The notes under the pieces were generated by a model that was not told where the DNA came from, ran no database searches, and worked only from the letters and a program-made list of their open reading frames with translations. Shown here piece by piece: positions 16,015 through 29,034 of a stretch of 64,000 bases of DNA. The position numbers were made by a program, and so were the translations under genes. How positions within the stretch are numbered: the first letter of the stretch is position 1; each line of letters starts with the position of its first letter. The stretch comes from the human T2T-CHM13v2.0 reference genome, Homo sapiens, in NCBI RefSeq assembly GCF_009914755.1, contig NC_060935.1. One strand, written 5' to 3'.

Positions 16015-16357
<343 letters not shown>

Positions 16358-16749
16358 TTAAAGCAATTAGAGAAAAAGATAACAGATATGAACAAGGAAA
16401 ATCCAGTATAGGAATTATTACTATCCCTGAAATAAAGGATCCAACCGATAACACAGAAAAAGTAACAAAATACAGGAAAACATTCTTAAAATGAAAATGT
16501 CCTTAAACAGAATCTGCAGAGAGAAAGTTTTTCTAGGAAAAACCAAGAATGCCCAACACCAAACACTTCCTGGTGTAGCAACGGAAGCCACTTCTTTAGG
16601 AATCTAGTCCAAAAAAAAAAAAAAGTCACCTATGAGATGGAAAAAATAAATCTGTTGGCCTCAAATGTATTCAAAGCAATGTTCAGGGCAGGAAGACAAT
16701 CAAACAACATCCCCACAGACGGGAAATTGTGACTCAAAAATACAGAGCA

Positions 16750-17109
<360 letters not shown>

Positions 17110-17117
17110 TCAAAACA

Positions 17118-17733
17118 CAGCCAATCCTCACTATTCATGAATTTTGTATTGGGGTATGCCTACTTGCTAAAATTTATTTGTAACCCCAAAATCCATGCTT
17201 TTCGCACAAAACAGCCAAAGGTTTCAGCCTGCCCGATGCGCGGGTTCCCACGGGAGGTTGATCAAGGTGGTGGTCCGACTTCTTGTCTCAGCTCTCATCT
17301 TGTAAACAAGCGTCTGACTGCAGCCCATGGAATGTCATTCTCACATTGCTTGTGCTTTTTGTTGGTGATTTTGCCATTTAAGAGGGGTCCCAGCAAAGGG
17401 CTGAAGTGCTGCCTACTTGTTCCTAAGGCAAGAAGGTTGTGATGAGCTTCACAGAGAAAACATGCCACAGAAGCTCCACTGAGGCCTGCCTGAGAGCACT
17501 GTTGGCTGTGAGTTCCATGTTAACGAATCAACATTACATAGTAAATATGGCATCTTTAAACAGCAACATACATAAAGTAAGATTCCGTATTGACCTATGG
17601 TCAAACATGTGACCAGGGGCTTGTAGGAATCGAACACTGCACTTCCTCTGGGAGCAATGGCCAAGGCGTCACTCATTCAGCATCTGTGGCAACTTTTTAG
17701 AACACAAGTACCACCGATAACGAGCATCGACCA
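17118..17733 (+). mobile_element. MER82 (TcMar-Tigger non-autonomous DNA transposon)
   Basis: tgcctacttgctaaaatttatttgtaaccccaaaatc ... gataacgagcatcgac resembles recalled MER82 consensus end to end. Confidence 0.75.
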
Positions 17734-18044
17734 TCCATTCACCGAGAAAGCACTGCTCTTAGGAACTCTTGCTAAAAAAAACCCACTGAACAGTGAATTC
17801 CCTCCAATTAAAAGCAAAATAACAACCAGAAAAGGATCTGGCAAATGAAAAGGGCATTGCAAAGGCAAATGATGGCAGTGACCCCGGCAAGAGAGACAGA
17901 GTGGCTCCGGGCCCTGGAGGCACAGTGGATAGTAAGTGGGAGGGACAGTGACAGTGTGAAACAAGTCACTGTCCACACCCAACAAGGCTCAGGAGGTGGG
18001 GGAGGGAAAGTGTGCGCATGCGTGCACCCATGCACACATAACTA

Positions 18045-18437
18045 GCTACTCATTCACCAAACTGATGCCCTTTTCTTCCTGGGCTCAGACCTCCACTGCG
18101 TTTCCCAGCCTACTCTGCAGTCAGGTGCAACCTCCTCATGAAACCAGGGAAGGTGATGGATGCACTTTACAAGTTCTGTCTCTTCCTCCCTCATCTTCTG
18201 GGCAGATACAGAGGACCCCGTGGAGGATTCCAGAGCTCCAGGGAATGGTCCAGCTATCTAATGGAAAGAGCCTGGGTACCTGAATGTCTGTATGGATCAG
18301 AACTTCCCTCCTGTCCATCCTGCCAACCCAGGTGGACTGAGAAGAGAGAAAAAAAATAAAGCATCTATGTGTTAAGTGCCTGACATTTGGAGGCCTTTTA
18401 TTATAGCAATGAGCTTAGTTTACCCCTAAATGATATA
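18045..18437 (+). mobile_element. Old MaLR LTR (MLT1J/K-like)
   Basis: ggaaagagcctgggtacctgaatg...aataaagcatctatgtgttaag. Confidence 0.55.
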
Positions 18438-18996
18438 GGAAGAGGGGACAGTGAAAAGGGAAAAAAAACTGTAACAAGAAAGAAAAAAAATTCCAGCCTT
18501 CCAGTGTTTCATAATCACTTCTTTTACCTTCACAGATTTAGCTGGAAAAAGTCTCTTGTGACAAAAATAAATAAATAAAAGAAGCATTTCCTTCACCATC
18601 TTTTTCTCCTCTTATATTCAAATAAAATAACATTGATGATGCTCATTTCTTAAGAGCGTGTGTGGTTTGAGCCCACGCTTACCAAGGTATTTCTATCCAT
18701 ATGCACTTCCACCCACTGCCTGTAATCCTGCAGAGGGACGTGTCGGAACAGGGCTCTGCCAAGTATTGATGTGATCACCATTGCTAAGTCTGGCATTTGT
18801 GCTTTCCTGCATTACTTGAACTTTTCGTAACAATCATTTATAGCTTTTATAAGAGGCATTAAATAATATAGGAGAAGGAACTCCAAAAGACCACGCCTAT
18901 CCTCCTGAACAGCCTTTGTACTACCAGGGAAGCCCCTGGGGCCAGTGGCATGGCCAGATTAGCTCTAGGGCATCAGGCCACCCTGAGCCTCCCCCA

Positions 18997-19226
18997 CAAC
19001 GGGTGTCTAATCTTTTGGCTTCTCTGGGCCACACTGGAAGAAGAACCGTCTTGCGCTACACATAAAATACACTAACACTAAAGAGAGATAATGAGCTAAA
19101 AAGAAAAAAAAAGTTGCATAAAAACCCCTCAGAATGTTTTAAGAGAGTTTATGCATTTGTGTTGAGCCGCATTCAAAGCTGTCCTGGGCTGCATGTGGCC
19201 CACGGGCCTTGGGTTGGACAAGTTTG
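18997..19226 (+). mobile_element. MER30 (hAT-Charlie)
   Basis: gggtgtctaatcttttggcttctctgggccacactggaagaagaa...gggttggacaagtttg. Confidence 0.85.
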
Positions 19227-20088
19227 TCCTAGACGGTGAAGCCACTTGGCTGAGTTCATCCCTAGAGGGCACGTGTCAGCACGTTAGTCCCCTCAGCCCA
19301 GTTAGCGTCTCTCTCAGAGGGAGCAGGGCTGGGGGTGGGCTGAGCAGAGGGTGCCTGCTGGACCGCAAGCTGCTGGCACTGGGGGAAGAGGAGACACACA
19401 TTTAGCCCTCGCTGGGGACCAAGCCCTGAGAGGTGCTAACCCCAGGGCATCTCTTAGCTCCTCCACAGCACCAGGAGCTGGGACCCTGGATGGGCACCAA
19501 GTGAGGCACCAGCAACACTCAGCCAGTAGGCAGCATGATGCTTCCCCGATCTCCAGCACTTGGGCCCCCCTTCCCCATCGTGGCTGGGGCCGGGAGACTG
19601 TACTCAGAGGTCGGGGTGGATGCAGAGCACTGGGCTTACCCCCTCAAGCACCTGCAGCAGCCTACACCACCAGCCCACCTCTCCCCATTCCTTTAACCCA
19701 AAGCTAAAATGAGAAGGGTCCTCCCAGCCCACTGAGGGAGACCCTTCTAGAAAGCACAGATGGAGACTGTGACGAGCCTCACCCAGATGCCCCTCTGAGT
19801 CCTAACTCTTGGATGTCTACCATGTCTACTCCACAGCAAATGGGCTTCGTACCAACTGCCCCTACTACTGCCACCCCCACCCACATTCCCCAGGTGGACA
19901 GACGGCGTGTGAAATGTTCGCAGGCCAACCCTACTAGGCGCCTGTTTGCAACCATTATGTCTGCTCCACGCTTCCAGCTCTGTCCCACATCTCCGATTTG
20001 AGGCCACATGTGGCACAGTCCCCGCCGTGAGCAAGAGGGAACGTGGCTGGGCGACTGGCCCCCAGCTTGCTCTGGTGGATTCAGGCAA

Positions 20089-20239
20089 AAGATGAAGCCA
20101 CACCCCTTCCTCTGCACACGAAGCTCCCCTTTACAGACAAGATGAAGCCACACCCCTTCCTCTGCACACGAAGCTCCCCTTTACAGACAAGATGAAGCCA
20201 CACCCCTTCCTCTGCACACGAAGCTCCCCTTTACAGACA
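20089..20239. repeat. Perfect tandem repeat, 3 x 50 bp
   Basis: gatgaagcca at 20091, 20141 and 20191; units identical. Confidence 0.98.
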
Positions 20240-20915
20240 GCCCCAGTTCCCAGGGGCCAACCTCCTCGGGGAAGGCAAATCCAACAAAAGGGACCCCCAG
20301 GCATAAGGACAGACATCCAGGACACAGCCAGCGTGGGCCAGGGCAGCCTGAGGGCTCTGGGCGGCACAGGAATGACATTAGGCCCAGGGCTGGAGGGACA
20401 GGAGGAGGCGGACAGCAGCCACGCGGGAAGGAGTGCTCAGGGCTGTACCCCCTGGAAGTGGGGGAGCATGGGATGCTGGGCCTCTGGCACAGCAGAGTCC
20501 GGCACCAGGAAGAGGCAGGGCCAGGCCTGAGAGCCTCCTGCACTTGGTGCTAGAAGCCAGTTGCGGGTGCACCTGCCGCCCGGGTTTTCTCTATGAGGCT
20601 GTGAAACACTCCTCTCCACCTCTGGGACTCTTGCTTCAGGTCTGGCACACAGTAGGTGCCCAGTCAATGTTTGTGGATGGAGTTGGGGACAATGACAGCA
20701 ACAGCATGATGTGAGGCCAGCGGCAGCAGGGAGGGGAGGCGGGCACGGCAGGGAGCCTGGGGGGACGGGGGCAGAAGTATGGAGCGAGGAAGGAGCACGG
20801 TGTGCCCAGAGCAGTCAGGACCGTGGGTCCGGGGAGGACCAGAGCAGGCCTCTGGCGTTCAAGCCACAGGTGACATTGTCCAGATGTGAACCAAAGGGCA
20901 GACCACGGGGCTCAC

Positions 20916-21122
20916 CGTCTGCTGCAGGTCATGGATGACCACGCGGATCACCAGCGTGTTGCCCTGGCTCTCCTCCGTCCTGGCACCGCCCGGCTTCTCC
21001 GCAGTGGCCCGGATCGTGTCATAGATGGTCTCTTCTTTGGAGCTGTCTGACTCCGACCCCACGGAGTAGTCGGAGAAGCTCTGGGCCATCTCGTCCTCGC
21101 TGGATGTTGGGCTGCGCGGCAT
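20916..21122 (-). CDS. SHANK2: SHANK2 first coding exon (N-terminus of the long ankyrin-containing isoform), 69 codons; CDS continues in exons outside the window
   Basis: Translation MPRSPTSSEDEMAQSFSDYSVGSESDSSKEETIYDTIRATAEKPGGARTEESQGNTLVIRVVIHDLQQT matches the recalled human SHANK2 N-terminus. Kozak GCAGCCATGC. Phase-0 donor ACG|GTGAG (ctcac at 20911-20915). Upstream pyrimidine tract plus AG acceptor. Confidence 0.95.
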
Positions 21123-21165
21123 GGCTGCCTGTGTCTTCGAGGTGGGGAGAAGGAAGACAAAGAAC
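21123..21165 (-). other. SHANK2: SHANK2 5'UTR portion (12 nt, 21123-21134) and splice acceptor/polypyrimidine tract
   Basis: Minus strand reads ...ttctttgtcttccttctccccacctcgaAG|ACACAGGCAGCCATG; AG at 21136-21135. Confidence 0.75.
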
Positions 21166-21879
21166 GGGAGATGTGAAAATGAAAGAAAACCCAGGGGCAC
21201 GGTGGACACTGGCGCTGGAACACACGTGGGCTCGGTTTCACAGTCTGTGTTTGTTGGTGTGACCACCAGCCGAGGGCCCCAGGTATGCACAATGTACAGA
21301 TCCCAGAGGGCGGACACAAGTCGGCACCGCCTGCTCCTCCCTGGAGCTTGAGCCAGAGGCGGCAGCCAGGACCCAGGAAAACCCTGCAAACTCTGGTACC
21401 AGCGCTGTGAAACCCCGGCACTCAAAAGGAGCCTGAGCTAGCCACGGGGATGACCACAGCTTACAAAGATGATGCAGAGGGCCACTGGGGCTGTCTGAGC
21501 TACCCAAGGTAAGAAAAAAGGCTGCCTTTTGTTTTCCTTGGAGGACAGAGCTTCAGGAGAGGAAGAAACATGGGCTTCAGGTCAGAATGGCAGCAAGTTC
21601 ACGCTATAATAACCCTCTCTGCTTCAAACACAGAGCAATGATAGGTACCGTGTAAAAACAGAACAAAAGGCCAGGGCCAGGCCCACAGATGAGAGAATCT
21701 CCCAGACCAGGACTGGAGTGGAACCAAGAGTCATGAGCAGACTGCAGCCATCAGACTTGGGGGTCCCCAAGAGGCAGGGGCAGCTGAGAGTGCAGCTTCC
21801 TCAAGGTCAAGTGCAATAAAAATTACCCCACAAAGAGTCAGGCCAGGTTGCCAATGGCCACCTTAGACCAAGGCTTCTT

Positions 21880-22179
<300 letters not shown>

Positions 22180-22339
22180 AGACCAAGGCTCTTAAGAAGG
22201 ACACAGAACTCTGGGAACAGCCATCCACTATTTGGTGGCTGCATCTATGACATCCCCCACCTCTGCAGGGCAGGAGTACAGAAAGGGTTGGATAAAAGTT
22301 GGCTTGACCCAGGGATGGCAGGGACTGGGGGAGGAGGGG

Positions 22340-22890
22340 CCATGCTGAACCAGCAATTCCACTTCTGGGTGCGTTCTGTGGGGAAGGACGAGGCCACGTG
22401 CATATGGAAAGGCATAGAAGATTGTTCCCTGCCAAAGCAGCATGTGGAAATGCATGGTCACCCTGATTGTTTAGGGACCCCTTGATCAAGCTGTGGTCTC
22501 TTCATTCCCATGAACTCCACAGCTGTGACAATGAATGAACCCAAGCTACATGTGGATGATCCCTGAAACATAACACTGTGCAAAAGGAAGGCAATTCACG
22601 GAAGGATTCAAACCACATACTATCATTTCCAGATAAAGGCTGGAAAGATGCCACACAGTCCTACAGATGGTACATGGGCATTTTCACCGTGCGTAACGGC
22701 ACAGAAGCAGTCAACTGGAAAGGCACATGCCCAATGCAGGAGAGCAGTTCCCTCTCGGAGGAAGACAGGGTGGGCCGCGCTGCTTGGAGCCATGAACTTC
22801 CTGAAAGCAATTCCAGCAACTACAGGACAAGGTCAAACTTGGTACAGTTGGGGACACAGATGTTTGCCGTATTATTCTCTTTGTTAGAAA
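22340..22890 (+). mobile_element. Old L1ME-type remnant
   Basis: ccagcaattccacttctggg... and other degenerate L1 3' motifs. Confidence 0.5.
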
Positions 22891-22923
22891 TCATTCACAA
22901 GGAGCAAGGAAGGAGGGCAGGAG

Positions 22924-23437
22924 TGCAGGGGGCAGAAGAGGCCACCCCAAAATATGCTGCCTGGGCATAAGGACAGTCCTGAGCTGAAGACGATGGAGGA
23001 AAAGCAGGTGCGAGAACAGCTCGCTGCCTTCCCCCGCCACTGGTGTGCCTCAAAGCAAGACGTAAATTTCAGAAGTTCATCACTAGAGACAGCTTTAGAC
23101 CCTTGTCAGCCCCGCCCTGGAGGAACCTACAGAGCTGACTTCACCAACAGACTAGCCTTCAGCTGCTGTTTCTTTCCTAAAGATTGGCCGCCCCATAATT
23201 TGCCCTCTAGAAACTCACAGTCCTTTCCCTTTGTCTTGTCGCTTCTCTACAAATGTACTGTTCCTGCTCTGAGGCACCAACCCAGCCCAAGCTGTAGGCA
23301 CTTTTTCAGACACTCTTCACTGACGGGTGCTCTATGTGTTCACAAACCATTTTTCTCTTGCGACTGTCTTATGTCAGCTCAATTTCAGGGCCCCAGGTAG
23401 AGAGGAGGGTAGTAGGAAAAGAAATTTCTCCTCTGCA
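22924..23437 (+). mobile_element. ERV1 solo LTR (MER34-like)
   Basis: TG...CA ends; gccaccccaaaatatgc...ggcataagga..gagctgaag. Confidence 0.65.
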
Positions 23438-24850
23438 GGGGGAGGGATTAGAGGAAAGGAAGGAGGGGAGGGAGGTGGATAAATGAATGGATGGATGGAT
23501 AGATGGCTCACTGTGTGGATACGCAAGAGGGAGGAAGGAAGGGAGGAGGGGAGGGAAGGAGGTAGATGGATGGATGGATGAATGGATGGATGGCTAACTG
23601 TGCATAGGTGAGAGGGAGGAAAGAAGGGAGGGAAGGAGAAAGGAGGGAGGGAGGGAAGGAAAGAAGGAAGGTGAGAAGGAAAGAAGGAAGGAAAAAAGGG
23701 AGGAAGGTAAGAAGGGAGGGAGGGAGAGGAGGGGAGGGGAAGGAGGGAGAGGAGGGGAGGGGAGAGACAGAGAGGGAGAGGGAGAGGAATGGAGAGGAAG
23801 GGAGAGGAAGGGAGGGAGGGAGAGGAAAGGAGGGAGGGAGAGGAAAGGAGGGAGGGAGAGGAAAGGAGGGAGGGAGAGGAAGGAAGGGAGGGAGAGGAAG
23901 GAAGGGAGGGAGGGAGAGGGTGAGGAAGGGAGGGAGGGAGAGGGTGAGGAAGGGAGGGAGGGAGAGGGTGAGGAAGGGAGGGAGGGAGAGGAAGGAAGGA
24001 AGGGAGGGAGACAAAGGTAGGGAGGGAGGGAGAGGAAGGAGGAGAGGGAGAGGACAGGAGGGAGCGGAAGGGAGGGAGCAAGAGGAGGGGAGGGAGAGGA
24101 AGGGAGAGGAAGGAAGGGAGGGAGAGGGAGAGGAAGGAAGGGAGGGAGAGGGAGAGGAAGGGAGGGAGGGAGAGGGAGAGGAAGGGAGGGAGGGAGAGGG
24201 AAAGGAAGGGAGGGAGGGAGAGGGAGAGGAAGGAAGGGAGGGAGAGGAAGGGAGGGAGGGAGAGGGAGAGGGAGGGAGGGAGAGGGGGAGGGAGGGAGAG
24301 GGAGAGGAAGGGAGGGAGAGGGAGAGGAAGGGAGGGAGGGAGAGGAAGGGAGGGAGGGAGAGGAAGGGAGAGAGGGAGAGGAACGGAGGGAGGGGGAGGA
24401 AAGGAGGGAGGGAGAGGAAGGAAGGGAGGGAGAGGGAGGAATGGAGGGAGAGGGAAGAAGGGAGGGAAGGAGTGGGAGGAACGGAGGGAGAGGGAGGAAG
24501 GGAGGGAAGGAGAGGGAGGGAGGGAAGGGGAAGGAGGGAGAGGGAGGGAGGGAAGGAGAGGGAGGGAGGGAGAGGGAGGGAGGGAAGGAGAGGGAGGGAA
24601 GGAGAGGGAGGGAGGGAGAGGGAGGGAGGGAAGGAAGGAGGGAGGGAAGGAGGGAGGGAGAGGGAGGGAGAGGAAGGGAGGGAGGGAGGGAGAAGGAAGA
24701 GGGAGGGACAGGGAGGGACAGGGAGGGAGAGGGAGGGACAGGGAGGGAGGGAGGGAGAGGGAGGGACAAGGAGGGAGGGAGAGGGAGGGACAGGGAGGGA
24801 CAGGGAGGGAGGAAGGGAGGGAAAGGAAGGAAATGATAAGAAGGAAAGCT
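23438..24850. repeat. ~1.4 kb GA-rich polypurine/polypyrimidine low-complexity tract
   Basis: Almost exclusively G/A on the + strand (GGGA/GGAA/GAGG units). Confidence 0.98.
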
Positions 24851-26493
24851 GAGAAGACTTCCTAATGCAGGACCTAAGTCTGCTGCCAATTATTCACATT
24901 AGTGGAATGTCAGGGTAACAATGACATTGATAATCCCAAATCAATAGTTTAATCTTCTATTTAGTCTCTAGCTATAAACCAAAATATATTTACTGTGCAC
25001 CAATTATACATGAGGGATCCCCCTAGGGTGTGTGTGGCTTCATGTCCAGCGCATGTTCTTTCTTTGTAAGAAAGGCGCCATGCCATGGTCCACAGTTTTC
25101 GGAGCACCCTGTGTCCAACCACCTAACACAATCCCTGCATGGATATCCTGGGGACTCTCGGCTGCGTGGAGTGGGTGGGGGCAGGAACTTCTCACCCTGT
25201 GTTTAGACACTTCACAAGGCACAGATGACAGCACGAGCCAAGAAAAGGGGGCACCTGTTTCTTACCCTCGAGTTCCTAAAATGAGAATGGGCTTTATAAG
25301 AATCCTGAACTTAGGAGTTTTCACACAACATCTGGATTTCAGTCATCTCTAGAAAAATCACAGGCTCCCGCCTCCTGAGCCCACTCCACCCACCTGGCAG
25401 CCATGTGGGCACCGAGCCGTGTGGCCCTCTCAACAGGGAAAGGGCGACATGATTCACCCAGCCCCACCTCACTATGTCCTCTGCACCCTGGAAGCCACTG
25501 CCCCTCACCATCCAGGTACACTGAGGCTCACCCTGCACTCAGCTCACCCGCCCCATCAGCCCTGGGCCCTGGCAGCAGAATTGTGGACCCTGTGCTAGTG
25601 TTTTATAACTGGGGGGCCCTGTGAGTGTTCAGGAACCTCCCGGGGAGGCCACGGGCAGTTCACCAGGAACCAACACTATGTCCAATTAGGAGAAAGCTGA
25701 TACCCACTGTTGACTCCCAGCGCTCTTCCGGTGTGGGAAGAGCCTGCCGGGTAGCGGGGTGCACTGGAACCATGTCCTCAGCAGGCACTCCGGCCTCACC
25801 CCTCAGCTTTGCTGCCCAGAAACCTGACAGCAGCCACTCCTCATCAGATATCAACCTCCACCTGTAGCTGCGATGCCACCCCCATTTCACCCGTTTTTAT
25901 TCTTCGTCCTCATTCTCCTGGGCCCTGCTGGGTTGGAAAGCAGTGCAGGCATGAGGGTGAAGGGAAAGAGCCCTTCTTAAGTGGAGCCAAAGCTACTCAG
26001 AGCTCATGTCACTCATTAATGCAGAAAGAAGCCTAGTGTGGTAGCGAGGCCAGCCTCAGCGTCAACATCTGAAAAACGGAGGGCGGGGGGAGCCCGCAGC
26101 TCAGAGCCCTGGCACAGAGCAGACACGGCCCACACTGGTTCTGCCCCAGCTCAGGTCAGATAACGTCTGACTGGCAAGAGCAGGCAGAGACCGTCCAGGC
26201 TCCAAGCTGCTTCCAGGGGTGCATGTGTAGGAAGCCCCCCCTCAGTGGACAGTGGGCACCCAGTGAACACACGCTGGGTGGGAGGCCAGGGCTCCCGATC
26301 GCAGACGCCCACAAGAGCAGTCAGGGGGGCACGAAGGGGGCGATGCTGGCAGAATGTGGTCCCCAAATCAGCCAGGCAGCAGCATTCCCACTCTGGCCAC
26401 AGCTGGTAGGTAGGAACGCAGGTCTGGTGTTGCCAGGCCTGCAGATATCTTTTAGATATGTCAGATTTGACAAAAAAAACGTGAAATTTATAA

Positions 26494-26808
<315 letters not shown>

Positions 26809-27302
26809 AGAAATTCACTGTTTTTAACGGATTACTTTGCAGGCCACATAGTACACATCTACAGCTGGACCTGAGTCCAGGAACAAAACCAACAGCCCAC
26901 AGCAGGAAGGGCGGCAAGGAGGGGCTCCTGAGGCCACAGCCCCCGCTGCTGCCGGCGGACATCTTCACCCCCTAGGACTCCTGTGTCCCCTTGGTACCGG
27001 CTCTGGGGGTGATGGTCACAAACAGGCACATCTGCTCCCAAACCATGGTGCAGAAGGGCTCCAGTGCTGGGTCTGAAGAGGAACCGGGATTTCGTGCAGA
27101 AGCAGGTGAGCAGAGAGGAGGAGAAGGCTGGGTCACACCTCCCGGGCTCTTTCCAGAACTATCCTGGGAGCTCATGGCCAGAGATCTGACTGGGAGGGTC
27201 TTGACCTTGGTAAGGGTCTTGAGTAACCTGATTAGCAGCTTCCTGGGAACAGCAGACACCTGATCACTGCCTGGGAAAACATTTAATTATTAACTCCCGG
27301 GG

Positions 27303-27479
27303 AGAGCCACCAGGCAAGGCAGAAGGCGCAAGTCCCATCTGCATTTCAGACAAACAACAAAGACACTTTACTGCATGTCCCAAATAATTGCGTGGGACAT
27401 TCTTATACTAAAAAACTCTCTGCTGTTCATCTGAAATTCAGGCAGAACTGGATGCGCTGCGTTTTATCTGGCAACACCA
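27303..27479. mobile_element. MER53 palindromic MITE (hAT)
   Basis: atttcagacaaacaac...tgtcccaaataattgcgtgggacattcttatactaaaaaa...ctgaaattc...atctggcaac. Confidence 0.75.
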
Positions 27480-28078
27480 TGGGAGAGCCAGGGGGGCTGG
27501 GCTGAGTTCTCTAACCCCGTGAGGACCAGCACGCCGGGAGGCTCCGCAGAGAGAATGAAAGCAAAGCCGAAGACGCAATCTGAAATCCTGGCTTCCCCAG
27601 GAAAAGCCAGTGCCAGATCAGAGGAGGGGAAGGTTACTCACCACCCCGGGGCAACCGTTTTCTGTGTAACTAATCTCTCGGGCGGGTCGGGGGCGGGGGA
27701 GAGGCCATAAAACCCCAGGTCCATGAACTTCAATGACTCTTAGTGTGTGTTTCTCTCCTTGGCCCTCCTAGAGTAGCTACTAACGAGGAGAAAAGAAAAT
27801 CATCACAGTCAAAGCAAGTTCAACAAAAACAGCATTTTGCTGCTAACTTGCTCCAAGAAAACCTAAAATCTTCAACTGGCTCATTCGTCCTCCAGTACCT
27901 CTGATGAAAAGGTAGACAGACTTTTCCACTAATTATTTCAGCCACTGTGAAAATATGAAAGCTGACCTGGGAGAGAAGATACATAATAAAAACAAACAAA
28001 AAACCTCACGGCCAGCGCTGACTTTGTCAAGGTTAGAGTTGCAAAACCTTTGTAAACACCTTTAAAACTGCAAGAGTT

Positions 28079-28421
<343 letters not shown>

Positions 28422-29034
28422 TTACTTTTTCACCAAAAGAAAAGAAGGTTTTTATTGATATGGAATCTCTGAGAGACACCCTGTATGTGAATCACATGGA
28501 AACCGAGATTTTGTGACTACACATTTCATTTATTTTGTGCATTCCTGTGTGTAAAATGTGCTCGGCCTCAAGGCAGTGAGGACCCCGAGGCTCCCCTGGT
28601 GCCGTTTACAGACATTTAAACTCGGGGTCAAACGGCTGCAGGACTGACAGCACTCCATTGGAACCTGTGGAACTAGAACAGAATATTCAAGGAATCCAGG
28701 TTCCATCGGATGTTAGAAAATTGCCGTTCTAAGAGCTGACATAGACATAGGGCTGAGAGCAAGTGCGAGGGTGTGGGCTTTGGGGAAGGGTGGGCTGCCA
28801 GCCAGTCCAGAGTTGGCCAGATGTGAGGGAAGGGGAGGCCAGCCGGGCAGAAGAGAGAAAGGCACGCTGGCTTCCTTCTGTTCATTTAACCCACTGTTCT
28901 CCTCCCTGCACCTGCAAAACACATCAGCTGAGAAGGAGCTAGAACACAACACATGGGGGCCCTGGCCAAGGGGGTGGACTGCTCTGGAAGTTTCTGCAAA
29001 AGCAGACCTTCTGACACACTGCCCCAAATACTGG

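Noticed and set aside
20859-21425. 188-aa ORF extending beyond the SHANK2 exon
   Set aside because: Non-ATG start and it runs through the acceptor and donor; only 21122-20916 is real CDS
21507-21516. Strong + strand donor AAG|GTAAGA near the SHANK2 exon
   Set aside because: No identifiable antisense exon or promoter; isolated motifs like this are common by chance
23374-24889. 431, 414 and 235-aa Pro/Ser/Leu- or Gly/Arg/Glu-rich ORFs
   Set aside because: Low-complexity GA tract that cannot encode stops
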